Below are positions 10,850 through 21,182 of a stretch of 64,000 nt of DNA, one piece after another. Under the pieces are notes generated by a model that was not told the DNA's origin, made no database searches, and saw nothing but the letters and a program-made list of their open reading frames with translations. The position numbers and the translations under genes were made by a program. The DNA comes from Nitrosopumilus sp. (lineage in GTDB: Archaea; Thermoproteota; Nitrososphaeria; Nitrososphaerales; Nitrosopumilaceae), in assembly GCA_965219345.1 (NCBI GenBank), contig OZ244732.1, positions 352,001 through 416,000 of the forward strand. The letters are read 5' to 3'. Position 1 is the first letter of the stretch; each line of letters begins with the position of its first letter.

Positions 10850-11134
10850 TTAGTCCAAGGTAATCTTTAGGAATATTATCAATCCTGCAAGTTCTGCAAT
10901 TCCTACTCCTAACATATATGGGAAAATTTCATTAGAGAAAATCATCTCTATTGAGAAATAAGCTAGACCACCAATGACATTATGCAAAAACAACATAACA
11001 GTAACAACAATCATGCCTAATGGAAGCTGTGCCCGGGTCTTGCCATACATCTTTCCAAATATAGCAATTAGAATTCCAAGTATGCCCATATTTGCAATTG
11101 AGACAATAGACAAGACTAGTGAGGTAGGTTCCAT
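10850..11134 (-). CDS. Small 3-TM membrane protein
   Basis: 94-aa hydrophobic ORF downstream of an HTH regulator. Confidence 0.7.
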   Translation of the reverse strand: MEPTSLVLSIVSIANMGILGILIAIFGKMYGKTRAQLPLGMIVVTVMLFLHNVIGGLAYFSIEMIFSNEIFPYMLGVGIAELAGLIIFLKITLD

Positions 11135-11159
11135 TTAGTGAAAAACACCTCTTGAGCTT

Positions 11160-11462
11160 TTATTTACTTTTGTCCAATTTTAGTTCAATTTCTTCAAAAG
11201 CCTCCATATTTACTTCAAGGAAGGTGGAAATGAAAAATGTAATGCCGTATTTTTCCCCAACCTTAGTGATCATGTTATTTTTTTCAAGTACCCTAACATG
11301 ATGTTGAATAGCCTTGTAATCTAGGCCTAGCTCTTTTGCCAGTTGATTAGTATTAAGTGGATTTTCCTTTAATTTTGAGATAATTTTTAATCGATTCAGT
11401 CCTCCCCGTGAAGCTGCAAATACAAACCAAAGCAGTCTTTTTGAGTCAGGATCATTTGCCAT
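11160..11462 (-). CDS. ArsR-like winged-HTH transcriptional regulator
   Basis: NTNQLAKELGLDYKAIQHHVRVLEKNNMI. Confidence 0.88.
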   Translation of the reverse strand: MANDPDSKRLLWFVFAASRGGLNRLKIISKLKENPLNTNQLAKELGLDYKAIQHHVRVLEKNNMITKVGEKYGITFFISTFLEVNMEAFEEIELKLDKSK

Positions 11463-11564
11463 GAGTAATGAAAATTCTTCTAGTTTACTACTAAAAGGTA
11501 TTTTGTGGTTGAGTCAAAATAGAAACTATAAAAAACATAATCAAGCAAATTTCTTTGAAATTAA

Positions 11565-12446
11565 ATGATGTTAAACTATGATGCCCCATTGTATAGGCCA
11601 CCTTCAGAATCAAGATCATTGATTTTCCAAATAACATTAGGTTGTTCATTTAATGAATGTTCTTTTTGTGATATGTATAGATCAAAAGAGTATTCTGAAA
11701 GAACATGGGATGAGGTAAAAGCAGAAATTGATATGATGGCAAATTATTTGCCTGACACTAAAAGAGTATTTCTTGCAGATGGTGATGCATTGAATCTTGA
11801 TTCTGAGTACATGATAAAAATTGTAAAATACATTAAAGAAAAATTTTCAAAGCTTGAAAGAATTTCATGTTATGCAATGCCAATGAATATTCTAAAGAAA
11901 ACACCTGAAGAATTAAAGAAGATGAATGAAGCTGGGCTGGACATGTTCTATCTAGGAATTGAAAGTGGTTCTGACATTGTTCTGAAAAAAGTAACAAAGG
12001 GAGCTATTGCAAAGACAATTACAAAATCTGTCAACAAGGCAAAAGACGCAGGTTACATAATGTCATGCATGGTAATTTTGGGATTGGGTGGAAGAACATA
12101 TTCTAAAGAACATATCAAAGGTACTGCCGAAGTGATCAGTGCATGTTCACCACAGTATGTGGGAGCTTTGACCCTATATCTGGAAAAGGGAATAAAGCAA
12201 GAATTTCTTGACAAATTTGAAGAACCATTCATTAGAATTAATGATGATGAATCATTAGAAGAACTTCATAATTTGATTAGCCAGATCAAAACTAAAGACG
12301 AGATTATTTTTAGAGCAAATCATGGTTCAAATGCATATACAGTTAAGGGTACTTTCCCACAGGACAAACAAGAAATGTTGGATAGAATAGAATGGATGAA
12401 ACAACATCCAGAAATTATGCGTCCAGAGGGATTACGAGGATTTTAA
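11565..12446 (+). CDS. Radical SAM protein
   Basis: CSFNECSFC variant cluster motif, YRPPSE, FLADGDAL. Confidence 0.9.
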   Translation: MMLNYDAPLYRPPSESRSLIFQITLGCSFNECSFCDMYRSKEYSERTWDEVKAEIDMMANYLPDTKRVFLADGDALNLDSEYMIKIVKYIKEKFSKLERISCYAMPMNILKKTPEELKKMNEAGLDMFYLGIESGSDIVLKKVTKGAIAKTITKSVNKAKDAGYIMSCMVILGLGGRTYSKEHIKGTAEVISACSPQYVGALTLYLEKGIKQEFLDKFEEPFIRINDDESLEELHNLISQIKTKDEIIFRANHGSNAYTVKGTFPQDKQEMLDRIEWMKQHPEIMRPEGLRGF

Positions 12447-12447
12447 A

Positions 12448-12705
12448 TTAAAGATTATCAATTATGGGCTTGAGATTTTCTGGCAGTTCTGGTAATTCAG
12501 TATGGCTTTCGTTGTTTTGAAGGTTTTCAGGTCCTATGCGTCTAACTCGCTGAGTTCCAATTAGAGTGTCAATATTTCTTTGAATGTCTTTTTCAGATAA
12601 AATATCCTTTAATTTTTCAATGACAGTTTCTTCATTTTCATATTTCTTTATTCCATATTGAACAAGAATCATTTTCTCTTCTGAGGAAAATTCTGTCATA
12701 TTCAT
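12448..12705 (-). CDS. Hypothetical protein
   Basis: 85-aa ORF with protein-like composition. Confidence 0.65.
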   Translation of the reverse strand: MNMTEFSSEEKMILVQYGIKKYENEETVIEKLKDILSEKDIQRNIDTLIGTQRVRRIGPENLQNNESHTELPELPENLKPIIDNL

Positions 12706-12758
12706 ACTAAGAGTTTAAGGCTAATAATCGTTGATTAGTGAAAAATAATTAAAATACT

Positions 12759-13271
12759 ATGAATGACAAATTACCATACTTGGAAAGTAAATTACAATTA
12801 ATCTCAAATGTTTTGACTACGAAAAGATATGCCGCAATTGGAGTAATTAGCGGGGTGGGATTAGGAATAATCTATTACTTTTTGACAATGTCAATGCTAC
12901 CTACTCACTTTGATGCTACAATAAAGATAATGCCTTCTTACATTGCTACATCAATTGGGGTAACTATAGTAATTTCAGCCTTGGCTGGAATCAATTTTGC
13001 GTTAATGGCTTTTAAGATAAAGAAGATGAAGATGATGAATTCTGTGAAATCAAACTCTTCAGCTGTATTAGGAGGGGCTTTTGTAGCATTTACTCCAGGA
13101 TGTCCTGCATGTACTGCACCTCTAGCAGTAATTTTAGGCGCAGTTGGAGGATTGTCATTGTTTCCAATGCTGGGATTAGAGTTGAAATTCATCTCAGTAG
13201 CAGTTCTCATATTTTCTATTTATTGGATTACAAGAGGACTGCAAAGCAATAGTTGTTGTAAGATTGGATAG
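12759..13271 (+). CDS. Membrane protein with intramembrane CPAC motif
   Basis: About 4 TM segments, GCPAC, terminal CC. Confidence 0.75.
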   Translation: MNDKLPYLESKLQLISNVLTTKRYAAIGVISGVGLGIIYYFLTMSMLPTHFDATIKIMPSYIATSIGVTIVISALAGINFALMAFKIKKMKMMNSVKSNSSAVLGGAFVAFTPGCPACTAPLAVILGAVGGLSLFPMLGLELKFISVAVLIFSIYWITRGLQSNSCCKIG

Positions 13272-13526
13272 ATTATCACATGGGAATTTTATTTAGATTT
13301 GAACAAAAATTAATCATAGAAAGACGGTAAACACACCGTTCAATCCTTGAGAGAGGCATTGAATGAATTTATTTTGAATATGTTACCGATCTTCTATTGT
13401 TCATTTGTGAAAAATTAATAAGTTAATCTAAGTTAATGCGGGATCCCTTTTATGATAGAATTGATCGCTAAAGCATCCCGCATTTGGAGATATATTGTTA
13501 TATTGTACAAGTAATAATATCATATT

Positions 13527-13670
13527 ATGAGTAGACGTGTTACAATCATGATTGATGAAGATCTTGACAAAAAACTTAGACTCCGTCAAGCAAAAATGAT
13601 TCAACAAGAACAATCATCATATAGCTATTCTAAAGTATTGAATGAAACCCTTCGTAAAACTTTGAAATAG
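13527..13670 (+). CDS. Small ribbon-helix-helix-like protein (47 aa; below the ORF-track cutoff)
   Basis: Manual translation MSRRVTIMIDEDLDKKLRLRQAKMIQQEQSSYSYSKVLNETLRKTLK. Confidence 0.7.
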   Translation: MSRRVTIMIDEDLDKKLRLRQAKMIQQEQSSYSYSKVLNETLRKTLK

Positions 13671-13746
13671 TTTTTCAAATCCTTACAGGTTTGAACTTTT
13701 ATTGATAAGGGATACTTTTTGACGTACAAAATATGGTTAATTTGTT

Positions 13747-13776
13747 CCAATATAGGGGATGGGCCCCACGGGGATT
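13747..13776. repeat. Distal att site (degenerate copy of tRNA-Val 3' end and trailer)
   Basis: CCAATATAGGGGATGGGCCCCACGGGGATT versus CCAATATAGAGGATGGGCCCACGGGGATT at 23403-23431 (1 substitution, 1 insertion). Confidence 0.9.
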
Positions 13777-13819
13777 CAGCCACCTTTTTGGGGATAGAAA
13801 TGGACGCAAATAACTGTAA

Positions 13820-14845
13820 TTATGAAAAAGTATCAGTTTCAGATAGCTTAATTTCTTTCAAACGTTCATAATTTTCAGTTGGTTCATTCCAATAATTAAA
13901 TTCCCAAAAATATGAAAATTGTTTTGCATAATCTTTTTCATCTATCTTATCAGCAGTACTGGATGTTACACAAAATGGAGAACCTGATGTTCGATACATT
14001 GGTTCTAAACCCAGAGGACATGCAATAAGATCCAGCATTGTTGATAGTATTCGATTTCCTGATTGTTGATATGTAGATTGTTCTTTCAGGGATGGAATTT
14101 TTATATCGTTAGGATAAATATCTGGTTTAAAATCATCTTCATTCCATCCCCATATTGAACTTTGTATCCCATCTACCTTGTATACATTAGGCATTATGCA
14201 TGAATCAAATTGTAATTGATCATGATACTTTAGATATAACAAAACTTCTTCTCCGATTTCTGGATCTATGAAATAACCATGTGAAAATTGTTGGCTGTAG
14301 AGTTTAGATTTTTCAATTCCAAACACATCGATTTTATTTTGTGTAACATTTCCTTTGTAAACTGTATCTACCATCATTTCTATCCTAAATGGAATTTTTA
14401 ATTCACTATTTTGGAGAAAATCTTCATTCTCTTTTATTTGTGTAGTAACTCGATCTGGCATATACCACTCCATATGAATGTCCCACCAATAATTTTTCAA
14501 AGATTCAGAAAATGCGGGTTCTAGTAACTTTTCAATATGTTGTAATCTTTCAGACAAAGGTATTGTTTTATTTGCTAACATTGACACAAATTCTTCATTT
14601 GCAGTAAACAAATTACATGGATTTTCTGAATTTGTATCATTATAGTGAGATAATGCATCAGCACCATATGATTTACCAATAATTTTTCCTGATACTATGG
14701 TATCAGACTGAAACCAAATTTCTGCAGACAATACAGCATCACCTGGTGCTCTACACGGATAAGGACCAGCACATCCAGCATCTACATCTAGAATTGGAAA
14801 TAATGCAAATAGAACTAATGGAATTACTACCCAAATTAGTCTCAT
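13820..14845 (-). CDS. Secreted protein with a Cys-pair module
   Basis: Signal peptide; SLKEQ...CPLGLEPMYRTSGSPFCVTSST module. Confidence 0.75.
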   Translation of the reverse strand: MRLIWVVIPLVLFALFPILDVDAGCAGPYPCRAPGDAVLSAEIWFQSDTIVSGKIIGKSYGADALSHYNDTNSENPCNLFTANEEFVSMLANKTIPLSERLQHIEKLLEPAFSESLKNYWWDIHMEWYMPDRVTTQIKENEDFLQNSELKIPFRIEMMVDTVYKGNVTQNKIDVFGIEKSKLYSQQFSHGYFIDPEIGEEVLLYLKYHDQLQFDSCIMPNVYKVDGIQSSIWGWNEDDFKPDIYPNDIKIPSLKEQSTYQQSGNRILSTMLDLIACPLGLEPMYRTSGSPFCVTSSTADKIDEKDYAKQFSYFWEFNYWNEPTENYERLKEIKLSETDTFS

Positions 14846-14900
14846 CCTATTCCCTAACCTCGTTCAATTAATGATACTTTCGTATTTTGTATCACACAAT

Positions 14901-15344
14901 TTAGCCTCCAACACTCCCTCCAATGTGTCTTGCACTTTTCACACCATCAATACTCTCAAAACTTTTAGTTAATAGTTCCTCATCTTTCCAAAAGCCACTA
15001 ATGGTGATAATATACAGGTTATCAAGTGTTTCATTATTTGTGAATGTTCATACTTGCAGAGGATGAGGTAAATTATTTTTATAATCAAAAGCGGATTCTA
15101 TCTTAATTATCTTAAATTTTTCATCATAGATGGTAGTAGTTCCAGAAAACATTTTTTCTAATTTATCTTTTGGAAAAGAGATCATATCATATTCTACAAG
15201 CCAACGTTCTGTATGATGGATTATCTCATCAGACTCTATTGGAATAGCTGAAAAATAAATCCCAATTCCTCCAACTACAAAAATGGCAACAAGTGGAACT
15301 AAAATCAATAATGTTTTCAAGATATTATCAAATTTAACAATCAT
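14901..15344 (-). pseudogene. Membrane-anchored protein with in-frame TGA at 15048-15050
   Basis: Frame stays open 48 codons past the TGA (TFTNNETLDNLYIITISGFWKDEELL...GSVGG*). Confidence 0.6.
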
Positions 15345-15407
15345 TTATTCATAAAGTATACTATTTTTGCGTGATCTAACTACAGATTACGAAGAAATCA
15401 CATCAGA

Positions 15408-15872
15408 CTAAAGATAAGGACCACAATCAGGATTACAGAAGACAAATGCCACAGCATAGTAATTTCCTTCATATGTAATATGATATCCAAATGCCTCAGG
15501 ATTTTCAATATAATTTTCTGATATATTCTCAAATGCTATAATTAATTCTCGAGCATCAGAATTTTTTAAACTAGTAATAGATGCAGAAATAATTTCTCCA
15601 TATCTTTGTGATTCTGGCATACTTTTAACATCATCCAAACTATCTCGAAGTATTGGATAATTTCTTACCAAATTATCCACTTGAACGTATTGTTTAGTTG
15701 AATCGTATTTGGCTTGATCAACTAATAGATGTACAGTGCTAAAATAATCAACAGGAGTAAGAGACCCTAGTATGTATCCCATGAATAATACTGAAATTAT
15801 CACAGACGCTAAAATTATTATGATTGAAATTTTTTTCTTAGACATCATATGTGCTAACTCCTTTAATTTCAA
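15408..15872 (-). CDS. Membrane-anchored hypothetical protein
   Basis: N-terminal TM helix, 154-aa ORF. Confidence 0.65.
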   Translation of the reverse strand: MKLKELAHMMSKKKISIIIILASVIISVLFMGYILGSLTPVDYFSTVHLLVDQAKYDSTKQYVQVDNLVRNYPILRDSLDDVKSMPESQRYGEIISASITSLKNSDARELIIAFENISENYIENPEAFGYHITYEGNYYAVAFVFCNPDCGPYL

Positions 15873-15908
15873 TTAATCGTGATTCAGGTATAAAATTGAT
15901 TAATAATT

Positions 15909-16785
15909 TCATGAATTATTCTCCTTTCTAGCTTTTAATTTTCTTTTAACAATAAAGACAACAATTCCTGCAACTAATAGTATTGGCATTACAAGTATTA
16001 CAAAATAGGATCTGAGAAAAAAATTCAAGCCATTAACTGCTAAATACATATACCAATCATCAGGTTCATCTTTATACTGAGAAAGATCTATTTCTTGAAT
16101 AATATACAAATCATTTTGGCCAAACGAAGTTATAGAAAAATAACCAAAATCAGTATTCATACTTCCTCCAATCATTCCATCGCCTATGAATAAACGTACA
16201 TCTACATAGTTTGGATCTCTTGACGTACCTTTCCAAAGGGAATCAACTACAGAATGCTTGTTTACAGTAATTGATTCACCAAACATATTAAACAAAATTG
16301 TATCAGAATCAAACGCAGTCATATTTACTTTAGCAAATTCATGAAGATTCATATCAGAAGATAATGCTACGTTTTTAGTTTCATTATTATAGATGAATAG
16401 TTCAGAAATTCTCTCAGGAATAATAAAATTTGGTTCAAGAATTACATCATAAGAATCAGTTGGAAACTGACTTTGTATTTCATTTCTAGATAAATAATAA
16501 CTGTATACATTACGATTTTCTCTTTTATCTGTTACCCATTCTTTAAGTACCTTTTTCTAACGCTTGATTCATTTCAATTTTTTTTGTTTCCATCCAATCT
16601 GCACCTTTGTAATCATAATATCCATACCATGCATTATAAAATTCAGAGTGACTAAATGGATTTGTATCAATGCATGGAGCAGATGGCCAATCTTTATCCT
16701 CTACACACAATGCAAAACCATCTTGCATTCCAATTATTCCAATCAAAACCAATGAAATTACTAGCCAAACTAATCTAAATTGCAT
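15909..16785 (-). pseudogene. Secreted, C-terminally anchored protein split by a frameshift near 16545
   Basis: ORF 16785-16543 continues in a shifted frame (LKEWVTDKRENRNVYSYY...ALSSD) without stops into ORF 16352-15909. Confidence 0.75.
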
Positions 16786-16943
16786 AATATGATCCTCTAG
16801 TTTTACATCATAATTTTTGATACAATTTAATTTTTACCAATCTAAAGTTCTAATCTTTAGAGGTTTGAACCATTTATGGGGAATAAAGTGGACATCATTG
16901 TTTAATTCCACATCACGGGAACCACCTATCTAGGCAATAATTT

Positions 16944-18077
16944 TTAGTTTGAAAAAATTTCTTTGATTAAGAAGATCTGTTCAACTGGTGTTTGATTGAG
17001 AATATTTTTGTTAAAATTAAGATCAGGCATAGAATTAAGAAGATTTATTCTTAATTCATTTTTATCATCTGCATCATATCCAAGAATTTCTAAATATGAT
17101 TTCATTACAGATGAAATTTTGGCAACTATTTCATTTTTTGAATTAGACTCATCAAAAAATTTTTGTAAATAAACGGTATAAAACCATACCAACAAAATAT
17201 CAGAGATATGTTCAGTTTTTTTGTAAGGTTGAGATGTATTGAGATATGTACCTTTGAAAGAACCAAAGATTCCTACATATTCAGTGACAGTAGTAATCTG
17301 AGCATCAAATGATAATAAACTAGGAATTGAAGACTGAATTGTATCAAGAATACTTTTTACATCGTAACGTCCATTATCATAGATTTGGGATTTGAATGTA
17401 GTAAGATTCAAAAAAACCTGAAGAGATTCATCAATATCTTTTTCAGAAGCAAATTTCAATAATGATGCTATATCGTATACTTGTTTTGGAATATCATCGG
17501 ACAAATTTCCAATTTTTGGTTTTAATAATCCAATCTTGTTTAGAGATAAAGTAGTTATTTTATCTCCAATTAATGCACCACGAGTTAAAATCTTTGAAGA
17601 ATAATCAATTTTGAATTCAATTACTTCATCACCATTTGCAGTTGATTGGGTGGGCAGTTCTAAAGGCATATCGCACATATAATCAACTTTTACTGTTTCA
17701 TCACTTCCAAAACAAGAATGGTATTTTACATAATACGTAACTAAATTTGGAATAGGTGCAAGATTTTTAGGATTATGTTTTTTTATATTTACATCAGGTA
17801 AGTTTGAATCTAAGTTTTGCATAATTGATTCAATTTCATCAACTTGTAATCTAGTAAGTAAATCAATATCTATACTTAAACGTCTAATTCCTAACGCAGT
17901 ATGAAAAGGAACACACATACCTCCTCTCAATGTACTATCAATTTCTTGTGATATATGATAATTCATTTCAAAATCCATAATAAATTTCTCAACATATATA
18001 GGATTTGCAAAATTAAATTTAGTTGTAATACTTTCAATATTATTTTTCTCAAGCTCATTTACAAAATGATATACCAT
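16944..18077 (-). CDS. AbiEii/AbiGii-family nucleotidyltransferase (type IV TA toxin-like)
   Basis: LRGG, RRLSIDIDLL, DKI, KQVYDI motifs. Confidence 0.82.
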   Translation of the reverse strand: MVYHFVNELEKNNIESITTKFNFANPIYVEKFIMDFEMNYHISQEIDSTLRGGMCVPFHTALGIRRLSIDIDLLTRLQVDEIESIMQNLDSNLPDVNIKKHNPKNLAPIPNLVTYYVKYHSCFGSDETVKVDYMCDMPLELPTQSTANGDEVIEFKIDYSSKILTRGALIGDKITTLSLNKIGLLKPKIGNLSDDIPKQVYDIASLLKFASEKDIDESLQVFLNLTTFKSQIYDNGRYDVKSILDTIQSSIPSLLSFDAQITTVTEYVGIFGSFKGTYLNTSQPYKKTEHISDILLVWFYTVYLQKFFDESNSKNEIVAKISSVMKSYLEILGYDADDKNELRINLLNSMPDLNFNKNILNQTPVEQIFLIKEIFSN

Positions 18078-19987
18078 CAGTCAACATTTCCAAAGTATTT
18101 TTCTAGATCAGTTAACACGTTCTTGTGTCTACCCATTATTTCTAATCTATGTTGATTTGTTAAGTTATTTTCTAGTAAATAATCTAAAATATTTCCTAAT
18201 TCATCATTCCGAATATGATATGAACCACGTTTAATTTCTAAGAATAAGTCCAACCAAGCTTTATCAGGTGAAGCCCAAGTATCTTTTGACACTCTAGAGT
18301 ATTCTCTTATTACAATAAATTTTGTTTTTTCAGAATATTCTAATGCTTTTTTAATATCTTCGGATTTTGGATTTAGAAGAATAGTAAATTCCATTTCACC
18401 ATAATCAAGTATCAAATCATAAAGAAGTTGTCCAGTATTTCTAACTGCATCAATATTGTATATCATTTTGTTATAGGCATTTTGTAAAAATGGAGAAAGG
18501 GTACTTAATGCTGTAAATTGAAAATTAAATTCAAATTTTTCTTTTAAAAATTCATGTAATTCTCCGAGTTCATCAACCAAAGAATATTTTGGTAATGGGA
18601 TTACTCGTTGAGGTTTTCTTTTTGTTATTTTTTCAGGTTTTTCAGACCAATCCATTACAAACTTATTCCAAGAGGAATTTCTTTCCTTCAAAAAATCTGC
18701 ATATTTTCCATGCTCATTTATGATAGTTTTGACTTCTAATTCGATTAATCCTATCAAAAATAATGGATTTCCAATTACAGTAAAAACAGGACTTTTTCGA
18801 TTTATGATAATTTTAAGTCCATTAGGAATTCTTTCAATGTGATATAATTCATCATTGGAGGTATTCTCGAATTCAAATTGAATGTTTTTTGACTCATATT
18901 GAGTGCTAAAGGATTCAGCTTGATTTAGTAAATATTTTGAATTTGTATTACTCATTCTAAGTTTAATTTTTCCTTTAGTTTTATCATTTCCAATATAATT
19001 GAGAACTGATTGTATTGATGTTGTTGAAGGGTTTTTACTTATTGAGCTTCGTAATACATCAACAACTTCAGAGTTAGTTCTAAATGCATCTACTGCTTCT
19101 TTGTATTCTAAAGATTCTTCAATAAATCCAGTTTTATGAAAATTTACTGGAACATGATCAAGATGCAATTCACCTGTAATTTTTGCGACTTCAGGGTGAT
19201 TTCGAATACCAAATTTATCAAATGCTTTAATCAATCTTTGATTTTTATACAAATGAATTCCATAATCACCTTTTATCGAACGTTTTTCTAATAATCCAAT
19301 CCATCCTTTTAGATAGTAATCATGAGTTAGTTCAATGTCAATTTCTTGTTTACTTCCTTCAAGTATACGAAGTTCAACTGGTTTACATTCTCGTGTGTTA
19401 ATGTATAATGATATTTGGTTTGATTTTATGTAAGAACCATATCTTATACCAAAATTTTTTCTTAATCGAGTTGTTTGATTTGGGTATAATGGAACATTCA
19501 ATTTTGAGATTTTAATGATTGTTCCATTCCAAGGTTGTGTTTTTTTACTGGTCTCAATTTCAAAATTTTTCCATGTTTGAGATGAATCTTTTAACCATTC
19601 TTCTTCATCATAATGAATAAAATATTCTAGATCAGTATTATTTTTGGATGTTGTAATTGTGAATTCTCTTCCAAGAGTTGAACAAGCACTTTTCATTCCT
19701 AATCCAAATTTTCCTAGTTTTTCTTTTTCCAGTTTTGTTCCTTTCGCTATAGTCAATCCTTTTTCTAATTCTTCAAGGTTCATTCCTTGTCCATCGTCAG
19801 ACACTGAGATGGTTTTTCCTCCATAGTCTAACATTACATCAATTCGTTCAAGCTCGTGTGGAATTCTGGCATCTATAGAATTATCTAATAATTCTGAGAT
19901 AGCCTCAGCTGTTCTATATCCAGTGAGTCCTAATTTTTGGATTAGACTTTTGTCAGGTGTAATATCCACGGTTGTTTTCTCTGTCAT
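18077..19987 (-). CDS. GHKL (MORC/HATPase_c_3-like) ATPase with AbiEi-like C-terminal region
   Basis: ELLDNSIDA, DDGQGM, GKFGLGMKSA, GT motifs; S5-like region; C-terminal ASPDKAWLDL. Confidence 0.8.
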   Translation of the reverse strand: MTEKTTVDITPDKSLIQKLGLTGYRTAEAISELLDNSIDARIPHELERIDVMLDYGGKTISVSDDGQGMNLEELEKGLTIAKGTKLEKEKLGKFGLGMKSACSTLGREFTITTSKNNTDLEYFIHYDEEEWLKDSSQTWKNFEIETSKKTQPWNGTIIKISKLNVPLYPNQTTRLRKNFGIRYGSYIKSNQISLYINTRECKPVELRILEGSKQEIDIELTHDYYLKGWIGLLEKRSIKGDYGIHLYKNQRLIKAFDKFGIRNHPEVAKITGELHLDHVPVNFHKTGFIEESLEYKEAVDAFRTNSEVVDVLRSSISKNPSTTSIQSVLNYIGNDKTKGKIKLRMSNTNSKYLLNQAESFSTQYESKNIQFEFENTSNDELYHIERIPNGLKIIINRKSPVFTVIGNPLFLIGLIELEVKTIINEHGKYADFLKERNSSWNKFVMDWSEKPEKITKRKPQRVIPLPKYSLVDELGELHEFLKEKFEFNFQFTALSTLSPFLQNAYNKMIYNIDAVRNTGQLLYDLILDYGEMEFTILLNPKSEDIKKALEYSEKTKFIVIREYSRVSKDTWASPDKAWLDLFLEIKRGSYHIRNDELGNILDYLLENNLTNQHRLEIMGRHKNVLTDLEKYFGNVD

Positions 19988-19988
19988 G

Positions 19989-20102
19989 TCAAGATCTTAC
20001 GGCGCTATTTGTAGCATATTTTAGCAATATAACATATACATTATAAAATTTGACAAATGTTATATGCTAAATTGATCACAGATTAGCAATGTAAGATCTT
20101 GA
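19989..20102. promoter_or_regulatory. Long imperfect palindrome in a divergent promoter region
   Basis: TCAAGATCTTAC (19989-20000)/GTAAGATCTTGA (20091-20102) and TTTAGCAATATAACAT (20020-20035)/ATGTTATATGCTAAA (20057-20071) share one centre. Confidence 0.65.
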
Positions 20103-20179
20103 TCACAATGTATAAGCAGAGTTATAATTCTTAGCTCATTTGTATAATCAGGGAATTAAGCCTGATTTAAGGAATAAAA

Positions 20180-21007
20180 ATGCGTAAAATACAAATTTGT
20201 ATTTTACGCAAAAATAGTATGGATGTTGAGCTCAAAAACAGATTATTAGAAATTTTTTTCGATAGCTCAAACCGTCCAAAAAAGACTCCAAGACATGAAT
20301 CATCCATACAGATAATGTTAGAAAAAAGATATTCAGTAAGTCAGGTAAAAAATGCACTAAATAATTTAGAAGAAGTAGGAATTCTGCAATCTTTCAAGTA
20401 TGATATTAGAGATGTAGGTAATGCAAGATTCTATTTTCCAGCAAAACTATCAATGGAATTTGTGGAAAAAAATATGGTAAAAAAAATGGAAAAAGCAGCA
20501 TATTGGATTTCCAGATACTCTGATGTCAAGACAGTAAAGATGGTAGGTGAACAGCTTCATTATCTTGTTAAAAATGAGTTACGTGCAAATGGATTTGAAA
20601 TTCTGAAAGAAAAACATGCTAGATCATACAGAGGAAAAGAATGGTTTAGAACTAAACACACATTAGATATTATTGCAGAACATAAAATAAAAAAAATAGC
20701 AATAGGCGTAGAAATAAAAAATATGTTAAGTCAAACGCCAAAATCAGAGATTGTCGCTAAATTAGAGATGTGTAAAGTTTTAGGAATATATCCAATATTT
20801 GCATGTAGATGGCAAGAAATACATCTAGATATAATTCAGGAAGAAGAAGGATTGTTATGGCAATTTAAAGATCAGATCTATCCATTTGGACAAGAAAATT
20901 TAGTATTAGAATTACAAAAAAGATTTGAATTACCAGTTATTGTTAAAGGGGAACTACCAAAAGAGTCAATAGATATTTTTCATAAATGGATGAAGAAATT
21001 TGAATAG
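20180..21007 (+). CDS. Winged-HTH plus PD-(D/E)xK nuclease-like protein
   Basis: N-terminal QVKNALNNLEEVGIL; C-terminal LDIIAE...GVEIKN. Confidence 0.65.
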   Translation: MRKIQICILRKNSMDVELKNRLLEIFFDSSNRPKKTPRHESSIQIMLEKRYSVSQVKNALNNLEEVGILQSFKYDIRDVGNARFYFPAKLSMEFVEKNMVKKMEKAAYWISRYSDVKTVKMVGEQLHYLVKNELRANGFEILKEKHARSYRGKEWFRTKHTLDIIAEHKIKKIAIGVEIKNMLSQTPKSEIVAKLEMCKVLGIYPIFACRWQEIHLDIIQEEEGLLWQFKDQIYPFGQENLVLELQKRFELPVIVKGELPKESIDIFHKWMKKFE

Positions 21008-21182
21008 AGTATAGATAAAAAAAAGAAACATACCTAGGTACCTTCAAAATTACTTCGTCACAAGAGCAGAAGAGTTGTTTGAATATGAATCCCATCTACA
21101 AAATGACACTCCTTTTTTTATAAAGAGGGGGGTGGGGGTGTTTTGTTGTCGTTTTAACAATAGGACTAGTTTTTTGAAATCA

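Noticed and set aside
15048-15050. Stop-codon recoding (Sec/Pyl) explaining the in-frame stops
   Set aside because: The stops are of mixed type (TGA here, TAA at 23324 and 28643) and confined to decaying accessory genes; no recoding machinery is seen
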